From a virus: a stretch of 64,000 bases of DNA. The translations under genes were made by a program, and so were the position numbers. Where the stretch lies: IMG/VR virus record IMGVR_UViG_3300028589_000001. One strand, 5' to 3'. The notes beneath the pieces were generated by a model that worked only from the letters and a program-made list of their open reading frames with translations, made no database searches and had not been told where the DNA came from. Of this stretch, positions 19,285 to 28,369 are shown piece after piece (position 1 is the stretch's first letter; each line of letters begins with the position of its first letter).

Positions 19285-19478
19285 AGGTCTAGCTCCAAAG
19301 CGGCTGCATTATCAATGATGTGCTGTATTTCAGCGATGGTGGCATCCAGCCTGTATTCCCGCTTGAGCCGGTGCTGGCACACACGTGCATCCGCACGCAT
19401 GCCCAGCACCAGTAGCTCCAGCTGTGTTTGTTGCTTGTCACTGCGGGCCTTAGCCATACCAGATAGCCAGGCCGGCAA
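19281..19478 (-). CDS. hypothetical protein (65 aa)
   Basis: Small ORF on the operon strand. Confidence 0.35.
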   Translation of the reverse strand: MPAWLSGMAKARSDKQQTQLELLVLGMRADARVCQHRLKREYRLDATIAEIQHIIDNAAALELDL

Positions 19479-19622
19479 TGGTGGTAGCGCCTACCAGGGT
19501 TGTATAGAACATCACCGCAGTGAACTTGCGGTTGATAGTGCTGTGGATGAAGTCCCACAGCAGCACCACGCACACGATCGCCACGATGGTGTACAGGATG
19601 CAGTCAGCGATTGTCGCGAGCA

Positions 19623-20213
19623 TCAGAAAAGCTCCAAGTTGTCATTGTCAGTCGAGGTTTCAGCCTCGGCGCAGTGTGCAGCGTATCCGGCATCCAGCTG
19701 CCCGTGGATAGCCACAATCAGTGGTTGCACCACGCACATGCTGTAGCCCATGACCATGAGGTCCAACAGACACTGGTCTCTGCCGATGGTCCAGCAGTAT
19801 GCGATGTACTCACGCATACCGCCTGGTTTAAGGAGGGTTGGTGCCAGTCGAGCTGTCAGCCACGCCGGCCGCTTGGTGTAGTACTTCAGGTAGTAGTCGT
19901 TGCACGCAGGGTGTACGCGCATGCCAATGGCTTGTTGTATGGCGCCCAAGGCTTCACAGGCGGCACAGTGGCCACCTTCGCCCAGTGGTACCAGGTGTGC
20001 GGTACAGAAGTATTCTTTGCAGCCGCCGCAGTGGCCATGAGCATGGTCTACGCCGCCTTTGCAGTACGGGCATTCATTGTCGAAGGCCAAGCCGTAGTCC
20101 ATGTACTGCGTGCGTGCGATGGCGCAGTGGTCAGCGTAGGTGTGGTTGGTGTTGTCAGTAGGGTGTACAGCTTGCAGTGCGGCTTGAATAGGGGTCATGA
20201 CACATGTCCTCAT
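19623..20213 (-). CDS. Cys/His-rich zinc-binding protein
   Basis: Multiple CxxC and HxHGHC clusters. Confidence 0.5.
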   Translation of the reverse strand: MRTCVMTPIQAALQAVHPTDNTNHTYADHCAIARTQYMDYGLAFDNECPYCKGGVDHAHGHCGGCKEYFCTAHLVPLGEGGHCAACEALGAIQQAIGMRVHPACNDYYLKYYTKRPAWLTARLAPTLLKPGGMREYIAYCWTIGRDQCLLDLMVMGYSMCVVQPLIVAIHGQLDAGYAAHCAEAETSTDNDNLELF

Positions 20214-20437
20214 TGGCTTAATAGGTGGTGTAAGCGGATTTGCTGGGGTACAGCGTCGTCAGGCGCATGCACATGACCGTCTATTGCCGGTTTATGCACA
20301 CGCCACGTATTGCTGTGGGCATCATGCCAGTAGTAGGCCTGGGCACCGGTGTCAGCCAGCAGTAGCTCGATTTCATCACCTGTAAGGTCGTCGTCGACCA
20401 AACCGATTCTGCCATCAGCTTTGTGTAGGTATTCCAT
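20210..20437 (-). CDS. small early protein, C-terminal-motif paralog family
   Basis: C-terminus AVPQQIRLHHLLSQ; a clear paralog of 20438..20671 (shared MEYL..ADG..YYW core). Confidence 0.5.
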   Translation of the reverse strand: MEYLHKADGRIGLVDDDLTGDEIELLLADTGAQAYYWHDAHSNTWRVHKPAIDGHVHAPDDAVPQQIRLHHLLSQ

Positions 20438-20671
20438 TTAGGTCACCAATACTTGCATTAGCAGGATGGTTTTGGGTACGTCACAATCGTGCAAGCGGGT
20501 GTAGTCCAGTTGGTCCCGGTACAACCGGCCCCAACCTTTACCACGTAAGGGTGTGATAGCCCAGTAATAGGCATATGCACCAGGCAAGGCCAACAGGGCC
20601 TGTATATCCTCATAAACGGTGTCAGCAGGGTGTGTGGTAATGGTCCCGTCAGCGAATAGCAGGTATTCCAT
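20438..20671 (-). CDS. small early protein, C-terminal-motif paralog family
   Basis: C-terminus DVPKTILLMQVLVT. Confidence 0.5.
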   Translation of the reverse strand: MEYLLFADGTITTHPADTVYEDIQALLALPGAYAYYWAITPLRGKGWGRLYRDQLDYTRLHDCDVPKTILLMQVLVT

Positions 20672-20674
20672 GGC

Positions 20675-20890
20675 TTACGTCTTGGGTTTATCGATGGTGC
20701 CGTACTTTTGCAGGTTGGCAGCCATTACCAAGGCATCAGCACAGCCTGCTTCAGCGTCTTTGACAGCACAGTCGTAGCACATGTCGGGCTGGCTAGGTGC
20801 GTACACGGTATCGCACCCACAGACGCTGCAAGGACCATCAGTTTGGGTAGGAGTATCAGACACTGTCTTGAACATGGGTATACACCTCAA
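20675..20890 (-). CDS. small Cys-rich protein (first gene of the minus block)
   Basis: CSVCGC...CYDC cysteine pairs. Confidence 0.5.
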   Translation of the reverse strand: MRCIPMFKTVSDTPTQTDGPCSVCGCDTVYAPSQPDMCYDCAVKDAEAGCADALVMAANLQKYGTIDKPKT

Positions 20891-21130
20891 TAGTTGTCAT
20901 GACATGTCCGTAGGACACAGCACATACAGTATAGGTAATGACAGGTAGGGCTGAAAAAGTAGGGGGCATATAGGTAGGGGTCAAGTGCACCACATCATGC
21001 ACTACCTAGCCCCAAATCCCCCTCACTATCCCTCACACGAGGGTTGTAAGTGATGGCAAGTGGTAGTACCTGTCTCAAATCAGTTGGGTAGGGTTCAATC
21101 TCCCCTTAGCTATCCCTACTGTCTCCCCGC

Positions 21131-21180
21131 TTTGATGTGTGCTCTTGATGTGTGCTTGTGATCTTGAAATGTGTGCTCTT
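21131..21180. repeat. short tandem direct repeats (GATGTGTGCTCTT-like units)
   Basis: gatgtgtgctctt gatgtgtgcttgt gatcttgaaat gtgtgctctt, read directly. Confidence 0.5.
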
Positions 21181-21222
21181 AAAAAAGGGCACCTCATCAC
21201 CCTTTGATAGCAGTGATGAGGC
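21178..21222 (-). terminator. intrinsic terminator (minus strand)
   Basis: 9-bp stem cctcatcac/gtgatgagg followed by T6 on the minus strand (A6 on plus). Confidence 0.5.
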
Positions 21223-21310
21223 GTTTGAACAGGTAGGGTGCAGCCATAGCTACGATACCTGCGGCCCACAGGGTTACACACAGTACAGCGAGCGAAGTTT
21301 CGAAGGTCAT
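21197..21310 (-). CDS. candidate 37-aa hydrophobic peptide
   Basis: MTFETSLAVLCVTLWAAGIVAMAAPYLFKRLITAIKG with GGAG 10 nt upstream; below the track length cutoff. Confidence 0.3.
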   Translation of the reverse strand: MTFETSLAVLCVTLWAAGIVAMAAPYLFKRLITAIKG

Positions 21311-21365
21311 GACATTAACTCCATGGTTTGGGGCCTACTTAGGTAGGTAGACCCCGTTGGGTTGG

Positions 21366-21692
21366 TTAGGCAGCTTTCTTGGCAGTGGCAGCGTCTTGTT
21401 TGTCCAGCTCTTTGGCAGCTTGGCGCATCTCGGCCATCATCTTCATGTCTTCCTGGTCGAAGGTGGACTTGAGGCGCTTGTACTCTTGTGCACGTACCAG
21501 TGCGGTCTTGTCGTTGAAGTGGGCAGCTTCACCCTCTACGAACGAAGCACCATGGTTTGCAGCGTTGGCCAGCTTCTCAGCAGCAGAGAACAGCGAGGCG
21601 AAAGCAGCGAACAGGTTACGGAACATAGCGAACATGTGGGTATCTCCAGAGTAGTGGACGGTATTGTCCAGCACACGCCCGTAGGGCAGCAT
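21366..21692 (-). CDS. hypothetical protein
   Basis: ORF; the start may be the internal Met at 21635. Confidence 0.4.
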   Translation of the reverse strand: MLPYGRVLDNTVHYSGDTHMFAMFRNLFAAFASLFSAAEKLANAANHGASFVEGEAAHFNDKTALVRAQEYKRLKSTFDQEDMKMMAEMRQAAKELDKQDAATAKKAA

Positions 21693-21899
21693 CTACACAG
21701 CAAGCCACACAGCAGGTAGGGTAGGGTGGGGTCGTTGAGGAAAAACATAGGGCAGACACCCCCGGGGGGTAGGTCGAGTCGCGAGCGCAGAAGCATAGAG
21801 CACTGCCTTCGTAAGTCCATAACGAAAATTCCCCTATGGCGGTCTAACCCTCACTACTATACTATCCGCACCTATACCCTACTATTAGGAGCCTAAATC

Positions 21900-22175
21900 A
21901 TGTTCTACCGCAGACGCGGGGCCAACGAGGTCCGCAGGTTCCAGGTCTACCGTACAGGAACTGATAACCTATCTAACCCCTTTCCACTATGGCTTCAGGG
22001 CATGATCATGCTCAACCAGATCAAAGTGGAAGACGACTGTCTACAGATACACACGTTCACCGGTGACTGGCGCAGAGTAGGACCAAGTAAGGTTGTACTC
22101 TATGACACCTTCTTTGGAATGATGGAGATGCACGAATCAGACTTTGAACAACACTGGGAGGCTATACAGCCATGA
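21900..22175 (+). CDS. hypothetical protein (91 aa), first gene of the plus block
   Basis: AGGAG SD 8 nt before the ATG. Confidence 0.5.
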   Translation: MFYRRRGANEVRRFQVYRTGTDNLSNPFPLWLQGMIMLNQIKVEDDCLQIHTFTGDWRRVGPSKVVLYDTFFGMMEMHESDFEQHWEAIQP

Positions 22176-22891
22176 CCACCGCAGTACAAACCAAAAAGGA
22201 GCCATTGCTGTCCAAGGACGAGTTCCTGGCAGCATTGCCACCGCAGATACAGAAAAGGGGCCTAAGCCAGGAAGTAATCACCGGTGTGACGCAGTTGCTG
22301 TCCGACCCGGACATGGCCGAGTCCTACCGCGACAACCTGCTGGGCTACACCAGCGTGATGAACGAAGGTAAGTTCAAGCTCACCAGCTACGTCAAAGCTG
22401 TGCAGTACGTGACGCAAAAGCTGTCGGGCAAGACAAACCAGGATGCGTACCAGGCCACGTTCCCGGATAAGTGGAATGACTGGCTGGCGCGCAATGTGTC
22501 GCCCAAGGACATCAGCAGCTACGTGTCGATCTACAACGGTAGCCAGCTGGTCAACAAGATCCTGGAACAGTCGCTGATCCCCAACTGGGTGCTGAACCAG
22601 GATGTGCGGCAGAAGGCCATCAACCATCTGGCTTCGCTCATGGTTTCGGCGCAGTCGGAGAAGGTGCAGTGTGATGCGGCCAACGCATTGCTGACCCACC
22701 TCAAGATGCCGGACAAGTTGAAGGTCGAGCTGGACGCCGGGCCGCAAGTGGGCGGTGTGATGGACGAACTGCGCAAGCAAACCACGGCACTGGCCGGCAT
22801 GATGCAAGACGCGGTGAAAGCCGGGGTTATGTCAGCCAAAGATGCGGCCGAGCGTCCGCTGATCATTGATGGGGTGGCTGAACGTGTCTGA
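22172..22891 (+). CDS. putative terminase small subunit (assigned by position only)
   Basis: 239-aa ORF immediately upstream of the large terminase and overlapping it; no motif seen. Confidence 0.3.
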   Translation: MTTAVQTKKEPLLSKDEFLAALPPQIQKRGLSQEVITGVTQLLSDPDMAESYRDNLLGYTSVMNEGKFKLTSYVKAVQYVTQKLSGKTNQDAYQATFPDKWNDWLARNVSPKDISSYVSIYNGSQLVNKILEQSLIPNWVLNQDVRQKAINHLASLMVSAQSEKVQCDAANALLTHLKMPDKLKVELDAGPQVGGVMDELRKQTTALAGMMQDAVKAGVMSAKDAAERPLIIDGVAERV

Positions 22892-24485
22892 TGTGGTCAT
22901 TACCGCCAAGACGGTAGATGAATGGCTCAATGGTGTGTCTTATGCGCACGACCTGAGCTATGTACCCAGTCTGTGGGCTATGGAGTTCGTTGAGTTCATC
23001 AAGATGGTGACTGATGGTACTGGGGAAGAGAACAAGACCCCAGTGCTGCACTATCACATGCTGGACCGGGTTGGTACGGCTGAAGGCAACAGTGTGCGCC
23101 TGGCCAACATGGTATTCCGGGGTGCGGCCAAGACTACGCTGTTGGGCGAGTACTTGTTCCTGTACCTGGGTATGTATGGCGCGTTGCCGTCGTTCGGGCG
23201 CATTGAGCTGGCACTGTATGTGTCTGACTCGATTGATAACGGCGTCAAGAACATGCGCAAGAACTTGGAGTACCGCTACGACAACAGCGAGTTCTTGAAG
23301 AAGTACATGCGGGCCGAGTTCACCGACGTGCGCTGGAAGTTCACCAACGCCGACGGCAACGTGTTCATCGTCAAGGGCTACGGCGCCAAGACCGGTGTGC
23401 GGGGTAGTAAGGAGATGGGTATGCGTCCGCGCCTGGCCGTACTCGACGACTTGGTGTCTGACGAAGACGCCCGTTCGCCTACCGTGATTGCGTCCATTGA
23501 GGACACGATCTACAAGGCGATCGACTATGCCTTGCACCCGGTGCGCAACATGATCGTGTGGTCGGGTACGCCGTTCAATGCCAAGGACCCGCTATACAAG
23601 GCGATTGAGTCCGGGGCCTGGGATGTCAACGTGTATCCGGTGTGCGAGCGGTTCCCGTGTGACCGGCGCGAGTTCCGCGGCGCCTGGCCGGACCGCTTCA
23701 CCTACGACCACATCAAGGACAAGTACGACAAGTCCGTGAAGCAGGGCAAGGTGGATACGTTCAACCAGGAACTGATGCTGCGCATCATGTCGGAGGATGA
23801 CCGGCTGATCGCGGACCACGAGATTCAGTGGTACCGGCGCAGTCTGGTGCTGGCCAACCGGCACTACTTCAACTACTACATCACTACTGACTTTGCGGTG
23901 TCAGCCAAGCAACAGGCGGACTTCAGTGTGATCAGTGTGTGGGCCTACAACAACAACGGCGACTGGTACTGGGTGGACGGTGTTTGCCGCCGCGCGGACA
24001 TGGCACAGAACATGGACGACCTTTTCAAACTGGCTTCCAAGTGGAAACCGCTGGGTGTAGGTGTCGAGGTGTCCGGGCAACAGGCCGGCTTCATCCCGTG
24101 GATTCAAAGCGAGATGATCAAGCGCAACGTGTTCTTCAACTTCGCGAGCGAGAACAACAAGCGAGACCCCGGCATTCGGCCATCTACTGACAAGCTGACC
24201 CGCTTCCAGGTGGTAGTACCGTTCTTCAAGATGAAGAAGATCTTCTTCCCTGAAGAGCTGCGCCTTGGGCGCGAGATGGTGGAGATGTACGCCGAGTTGA
24301 GCCTGGCCAGCGCTGGCGGATTCCGCTCGAAGCATGACGACTTCATTGATACCATCTCTATGCTGCCACTTATGAATCCTATCGCCCCCGGTGTCGAACA
24401 GAACATTTCGATGGGGGATAACGGTATCTGGGAAGCAGATGAGGTCGATGAAGGCTACGGCGGCGTCGACTACTACTTAGTGTGA
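22866..24485 (+). CDS. terminase large subunit
   Basis: N-terminal ATPase (FRGAAKTT Walker A-like, VLDDLVSDED Walker B) and a C-terminal nuclease-length region; N4 gp68-like order. Confidence 0.85.
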   Translation: MMGWLNVSDVVITAKTVDEWLNGVSYAHDLSYVPSLWAMEFVEFIKMVTDGTGEENKTPVLHYHMLDRVGTAEGNSVRLANMVFRGAAKTTLLGEYLFLYLGMYGALPSFGRIELALYVSDSIDNGVKNMRKNLEYRYDNSEFLKKYMRAEFTDVRWKFTNADGNVFIVKGYGAKTGVRGSKEMGMRPRLAVLDDLVSDEDARSPTVIASIEDTIYKAIDYALHPVRNMIVWSGTPFNAKDPLYKAIESGAWDVNVYPVCERFPCDRREFRGAWPDRFTYDHIKDKYDKSVKQGKVDTFNQELMLRIMSEDDRLIADHEIQWYRRSLVLANRHYFNYYITTDFAVSAKQQADFSVISVWAYNNNGDWYWVDGVCRRADMAQNMDDLFKLASKWKPLGVGVEVSGQQAGFIPWIQSEMIKRNVFFNFASENNKRDPGIRPSTDKLTRFQVVVPFFKMKKIFFPEELRLGREMVEMYAELSLASAGGFRSKHDDFIDTISMLPLMNPIAPGVEQNISMGDNGIWEADEVDEGYGGVDYYLV

Positions 24486-24499
24486 CATAGGAGGCGGCT

Positions 24500-25237
24500 A
24501 TGCTGCTGAAAGAGGTGTTTGACCAGCTGGCGTGCGCCGAGCTGAACAACATCAGCGTGGTGGATCAAACCACCAAAGAGATTGACCCTGGGCAGTACCG
24601 GCAAGTGGTCACAGCCATCAATGCTGGCTTGACCGAGATTCACAGCCGGGTGCTGCTGCGCCAGGGTATGTTGACTGTCAAGTTGATCCCAGGGCAGGAG
24701 TTGTACACCCTGGACAAGGCCTACAACGTCAGCGCATCGAAGCCAGACCCCAAGCAGTTCATCACGGCTGTGCCTCCGTTTGCCAACGACTTGCTGGCAG
24801 TACATGAGGTCAAAGCCAAGGTGTATGAGCCTGGGTTCGAGAAAGAGGTGGTGCTGGGCTTGAACAACGGCTCCGACTACTACAACGTGGAAATGCCGTC
24901 GTATAACCAGCTGTTCGTACCTGCTAAGCTGCAAAGCGAGCAGAAGATCACTGAACTGCTGGTGAGCTACCGTAAAAACCACAAGATGCTGGCCACGTGC
25001 GATAACGACATTGACCCCGAGTGTGTGGGGTTGACGTTGCCTCGCAGCTACTTGTGGGCGCTGTGTCTGTTCGTGGCTGCGCGTATGCACACGCCGGTGG
25101 GTTTGCAGGACGCCACGTACAGTGGCAACAGTTTCATGGCGCAGTTCGCGCAAGAACTGGCCCAAATGCAGATCAGCGGATTGAGCCTGAGTAATATCCA
25201 GGTCAACGAAGGTGTGTGGCGTAAGGGATTCCCCTGA
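24500..25237 (+). CDS. hypothetical virion-associated protein
   Basis: ORF between the terminase and portal genes. Confidence 0.5.
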   Translation: MLLKEVFDQLACAELNNISVVDQTTKEIDPGQYRQVVTAINAGLTEIHSRVLLRQGMLTVKLIPGQELYTLDKAYNVSASKPDPKQFITAVPPFANDLLAVHEVKAKVYEPGFEKEVVLGLNNGSDYYNVEMPSYNQLFVPAKLQSEQKITELLVSYRKNHKMLATCDNDIDPECVGLTLPRSYLWALCLFVAARMHTPVGLQDATYSGNSFMAQFAQELAQMQISGLSLSNIQVNEGVWRKGFP

Positions 25238-25246
25238 CAGCCGGAA

Positions 25247-25280
25247 AAAGAAAAAGGACCCAGTAGGGTCCTTTTTTGTT
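25247..25280. terminator. bidirectional intrinsic terminator
   Basis: aaaaaGGACCCagtaGGGTCCtttttt: perfect 6-bp GC stem, A-tract before and T-tract after, between convergent genes. Confidence 0.65.
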
Positions 25281-25344
25281 TGCCTCTCCAGGCGACTTGT
25301 TACCAACATGTCCGAGATGTCTCGGTGTTCAGTGTATCGCGGGC

Positions 25345-25770
25345 TTATTCACCCGTCGAGCCGAAACCACCTTCACCGCGACTGGTTTCCGGCAGGGCGT
25401 CGACCAGTTCGAGTTCCGGGGTACCAACTGGTACCAGCAGGAACTGATACAGGCGTTCGCCTGCGGCCCAGGTCAGTTCTTCATGTTCGCGCTGGCTTAC
25501 AGCGACTTTCCACTCACCGCGGTAGTCTGCGTCGATAACACCTACGGTGTTACGCAGTTGTACGCCGTGCTTGGCGCCAGTACCGCTTCGTGGCAAGATC
25601 AGCGCCACATAACCTTCGGGTACGGCAGCTTGGAAGCCCAAGCCAACGAACTCGACTTTGTTGCGATGCAGTAGTGCCCCCGACTCCGGCATGATCAGGT
25701 CATAGCCACCCGCAAGGGTAGAACTACGCACTGGTGTCTGGAAGTTGGGGTGAATTGCACGAATTTGCAT
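25345..25770 (-). CDS. dut: dUTP diphosphatase (dUTPase)
   Basis: Motifs AGGYDL, LPRSGTGAKHG, GVIDADYRGE, RGEGGFGSTG; GGAG SD before the Met at 25770. Confidence 0.85.
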   Translation of the reverse strand: MQIRAIHPNFQTPVRSSTLAGGYDLIMPESGALLHRNKVEFVGLGFQAAVPEGYVALILPRSGTGAKHGVQLRNTVGVIDADYRGEWKVAVSQREHEELTWAAGERLYQFLLVPVGTPELELVDALPETSRGEGGFGSTGE

Positions 25771-25810
25771 TATGCTGTGTCTCCAATAGTTAAAGTGAGG
25801 ATGTAAACAG

Positions 25811-27967
25811 GTGACAGACGAATCCGTACCACCAAGCATCCGTGAGGCCACTGGCGCTCTCACGGACTGGGCTAAACAGCCCTCGCTGGCGGATTTGCGT
25901 CAGGACCTTGAGGACGCGCAGTCCAACCATGATGCACAGGTTCAGCAGATTACTGAAGTCCTGGATCACATGTATTTGCGCGGTGCCGCCAAGATCCCTG
26001 CTCGCAAAGGCCGCTCCAGCATTCAACCCCGGGTAATCCGCAAGAACGCCGAATGGCGTTACGCTGCGTTATCCGAACCCTTCTTGAGTTCTCCGAACAT
26101 CTATGACGTGCTGCCCGTTACCTGGGAAGACCGTGACAGTGCGCGACAGAACAGTATGTTGTTGAACTTCCAGTTCAACACCAAGATCGACAAGCAGACG
26201 TTCATCGACAACATGGTGCGTGCTGCGGTCGACGAAGGTGTGTGTATCGTAAAGACTGGTTGGGAATTCCTGACCAAGACGGTACAGGAAGAACAGTTCA
26301 CCTATGAGCTGGTGCAGGACGAGCTGGCCGCCGAGCAACTGATGCAGATTGCTGAGCTGGAGCTACGCAGCCCCAGCGAGTTTGATGAACTGGATGAAGG
26401 CTGGCTGTTGGCCTACCAGGAATTCAAAGAGTACGGTGTGCCTGTATCGCCCCGCGTTGTCGGTAGTGAACTGGTTGACGTTGAGAAGACCGTACAGAAC
26501 CGACCTACGTTGGAAGTGTGCGACTACCGCAACGTTATCATCGACCCAAGCTGTGCTGGTGACCTGAGCAAAGCCCAGTTCATCATTCACCGCTATGAAA
26601 GCTCGCTGAGCGCGTTGAAGGCCGACGGCCGCTACGTGAACCTGGAACACATCTCTACTGAAGGCGCTACGCCAATTGGAGAACCTGACTATGCACCAAC
26701 CAGCGAAGGCACCAAGAATTTCCAGTTCACCGACAAGCCTCGGGCGAAAATCGTTGTCCATGAGTACTGGGGCTTTCGAGATATTGATGGTAGCGGTGTT
26801 GTGCAGCCTATTGTTGCCGCTTGGGTAGGCAACGTCCTGATCCGCATGGAACTGAACCCGTTCCCGGATCAAGAGCTTCCATTCGTTACCATTCCGTATC
26901 TGCCGGTACGCAACAACGTGTACGGCGAGTCGGACGGTGCATTGCTGATCGACAACCAGAAGGTGATCGGCGCTACTACCCGTGGCCTGATCGATGTGTT
27001 CGCCAAGTCGGCCAACGGTCAGACCGCGTACCAGAAAGGTATGTTGGACCCGGCCAACCGCAAGAAGATGGAAGCGGGCGACGACTTCGAGTTCAACCCA
27101 GGCAGCGATCCGCGGGCCGGTATCATCCAACTGCAGTTCCCTGAGCTGCCGCGCTCGGCCGAGTGGATGATCCAGATGAACCAGAACGAGGCTGAGTCCT
27201 TGACTGGTGTGAAGGCGTTCAGCCAGGGTATCGCGGGCCAGGCCCTGGGCAATACCGCCACCGGTGTACGTGGTGCACTGGATGCAGCGTCCAAGCGTGA
27301 ACTGGGCATTTTGCGCCGGCTGAGCGCAGGTATGATCAAGGTCGGACGCAAGATCATCGCCATGAATCAGGTATTCCTGGAAGACGATGAAGTTGTGCGG
27401 GTTACCAACGAACAGTTCGTGGCTATGCGCAAGGAAGACCTCAAAGGGGACTTCCACCTGAAGTTGACCATCTCGACTGCCGAAGAGGACAACCTCAAGG
27501 CCGAAGAGCTGGCCTACATGCTGCAGACCCTGGGTAACACCGTGGACTGGGGCATTACCAGCATCATCCTGTCGGACATTGCCGAACTGCGGAAGATGCC
27601 TGACCTGGCCATGAAGATCCGCGAGTATCAGCCGCAACCAGACCCTATTGCGCAACAGAAGGCGCAACTGGAGATCATGTTGCTGCAAGCGCAGATTGCA
27701 ACTGAACAGGCGAAGGCTGCACAGTACGGTGCGAAGTCCGAACTGGATCTGCACAAGGTTGGTACCGAACATGCGAAGGCACGTGCGCTGAACAGCGATG
27801 CTGACCGCAAAGATCTCGACTTTGTACAAGAAGAGCGCGGTGTAAACCAAGAGCGTAACCTACAGGCAATTGATCGCCAGGCTGCGCACAATGAACGCTT
27901 GCAAGAGAAGCAAAGTCTGCTTCGACAGCAGGAAGCCAGCCAAATGAATAAACCTGGTGCACAATAG
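25811..27967 (+). CDS. portal protein
   Basis: 718-aa protein lying between the terminase and the scaffold/capsid genes, as in the N4 gp59 position. Confidence 0.65.
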   Translation: MTDESVPPSIREATGALTDWAKQPSLADLRQDLEDAQSNHDAQVQQITEVLDHMYLRGAAKIPARKGRSSIQPRVIRKNAEWRYAALSEPFLSSPNIYDVLPVTWEDRDSARQNSMLLNFQFNTKIDKQTFIDNMVRAAVDEGVCIVKTGWEFLTKTVQEEQFTYELVQDELAAEQLMQIAELELRSPSEFDELDEGWLLAYQEFKEYGVPVSPRVVGSELVDVEKTVQNRPTLEVCDYRNVIIDPSCAGDLSKAQFIIHRYESSLSALKADGRYVNLEHISTEGATPIGEPDYAPTSEGTKNFQFTDKPRAKIVVHEYWGFRDIDGSGVVQPIVAAWVGNVLIRMELNPFPDQELPFVTIPYLPVRNNVYGESDGALLIDNQKVIGATTRGLIDVFAKSANGQTAYQKGMLDPANRKKMEAGDDFEFNPGSDPRAGIIQLQFPELPRSAEWMIQMNQNEAESLTGVKAFSQGIAGQALGNTATGVRGALDAASKRELGILRRLSAGMIKVGRKIIAMNQVFLEDDEVVRVTNEQFVAMRKEDLKGDFHLKLTISTAEEDNLKAEELAYMLQTLGNTVDWGITSIILSDIAELRKMPDLAMKIREYQPQPDPIAQQKAQLEIMLLQAQIATEQAKAAQYGAKSELDLHKVGTEHAKARALNSDADRKDLDFVQEERGVNQERNLQAIDRQAAHNERLQEKQSLLRQQEASQMNKPGAQ

Positions 27968-28039
27968 GTTTTCATAGGTTATAGTGCGGGCCACTACCAC
28001 TTAGTGGCCCTTTAAACAACAAACAGGAGCATCCCAGTC

Positions 28040-28366
28040 ATGGGCAATGACCAAAACGAAATCCAAGTAACTATCGACCAGGCCCGCGAGCAGATTAAGC
28101 TCAAAGAAGCGCTGGACCGTCTCCACAAGAACAAAGACTTCTTGCTGGTGATCAAAACCGAGTACCTGGGTAAAGAGCCATCGCGCAATACCTTCCTGCT
28201 GTCCGATCCGTCGCAGCAAGCGCCAGAACAACAGAAGGCCATCTTCGACAGCATTCGTGGCGTGTCGGAGCTGCACAGCTTCTTCCGTCGTATCGAACAC
28301 GGCGCCCTGGTTGCAAACCGCACCCTGGACGAGCATCTGGCCCTGGAACAAGGCGAAGAGGTGTAA
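28040..28366 (+). CDS. hypothetical head-assembly protein (108 aa)
   Basis: ORF; TAAACCATG coupling to the next gene. Confidence 0.5.
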   Translation: MGNDQNEIQVTIDQAREQIKLKEALDRLHKNKDFLLVIKTEYLGKEPSRNTFLLSDPSQQAPEQQKAIFDSIRGVSELHSFFRRIEHGALVANRTLDEHLALEQGEEV

Positions 28367-28369
28367 ACC

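Noticed and set aside
19289-19573. 94-aa minus-strand ORF
   Set aside because: Trp/Cys/His-rich implausible translation. A different frame at 19449-19625 encodes a coherent 58-aa two-helix membrane peptide, which is below the track cutoff and not confidently a gene either.
26363-27850. 495-aa minus-strand ORF
   Set aside because: Antisense shadow of the portal gene.
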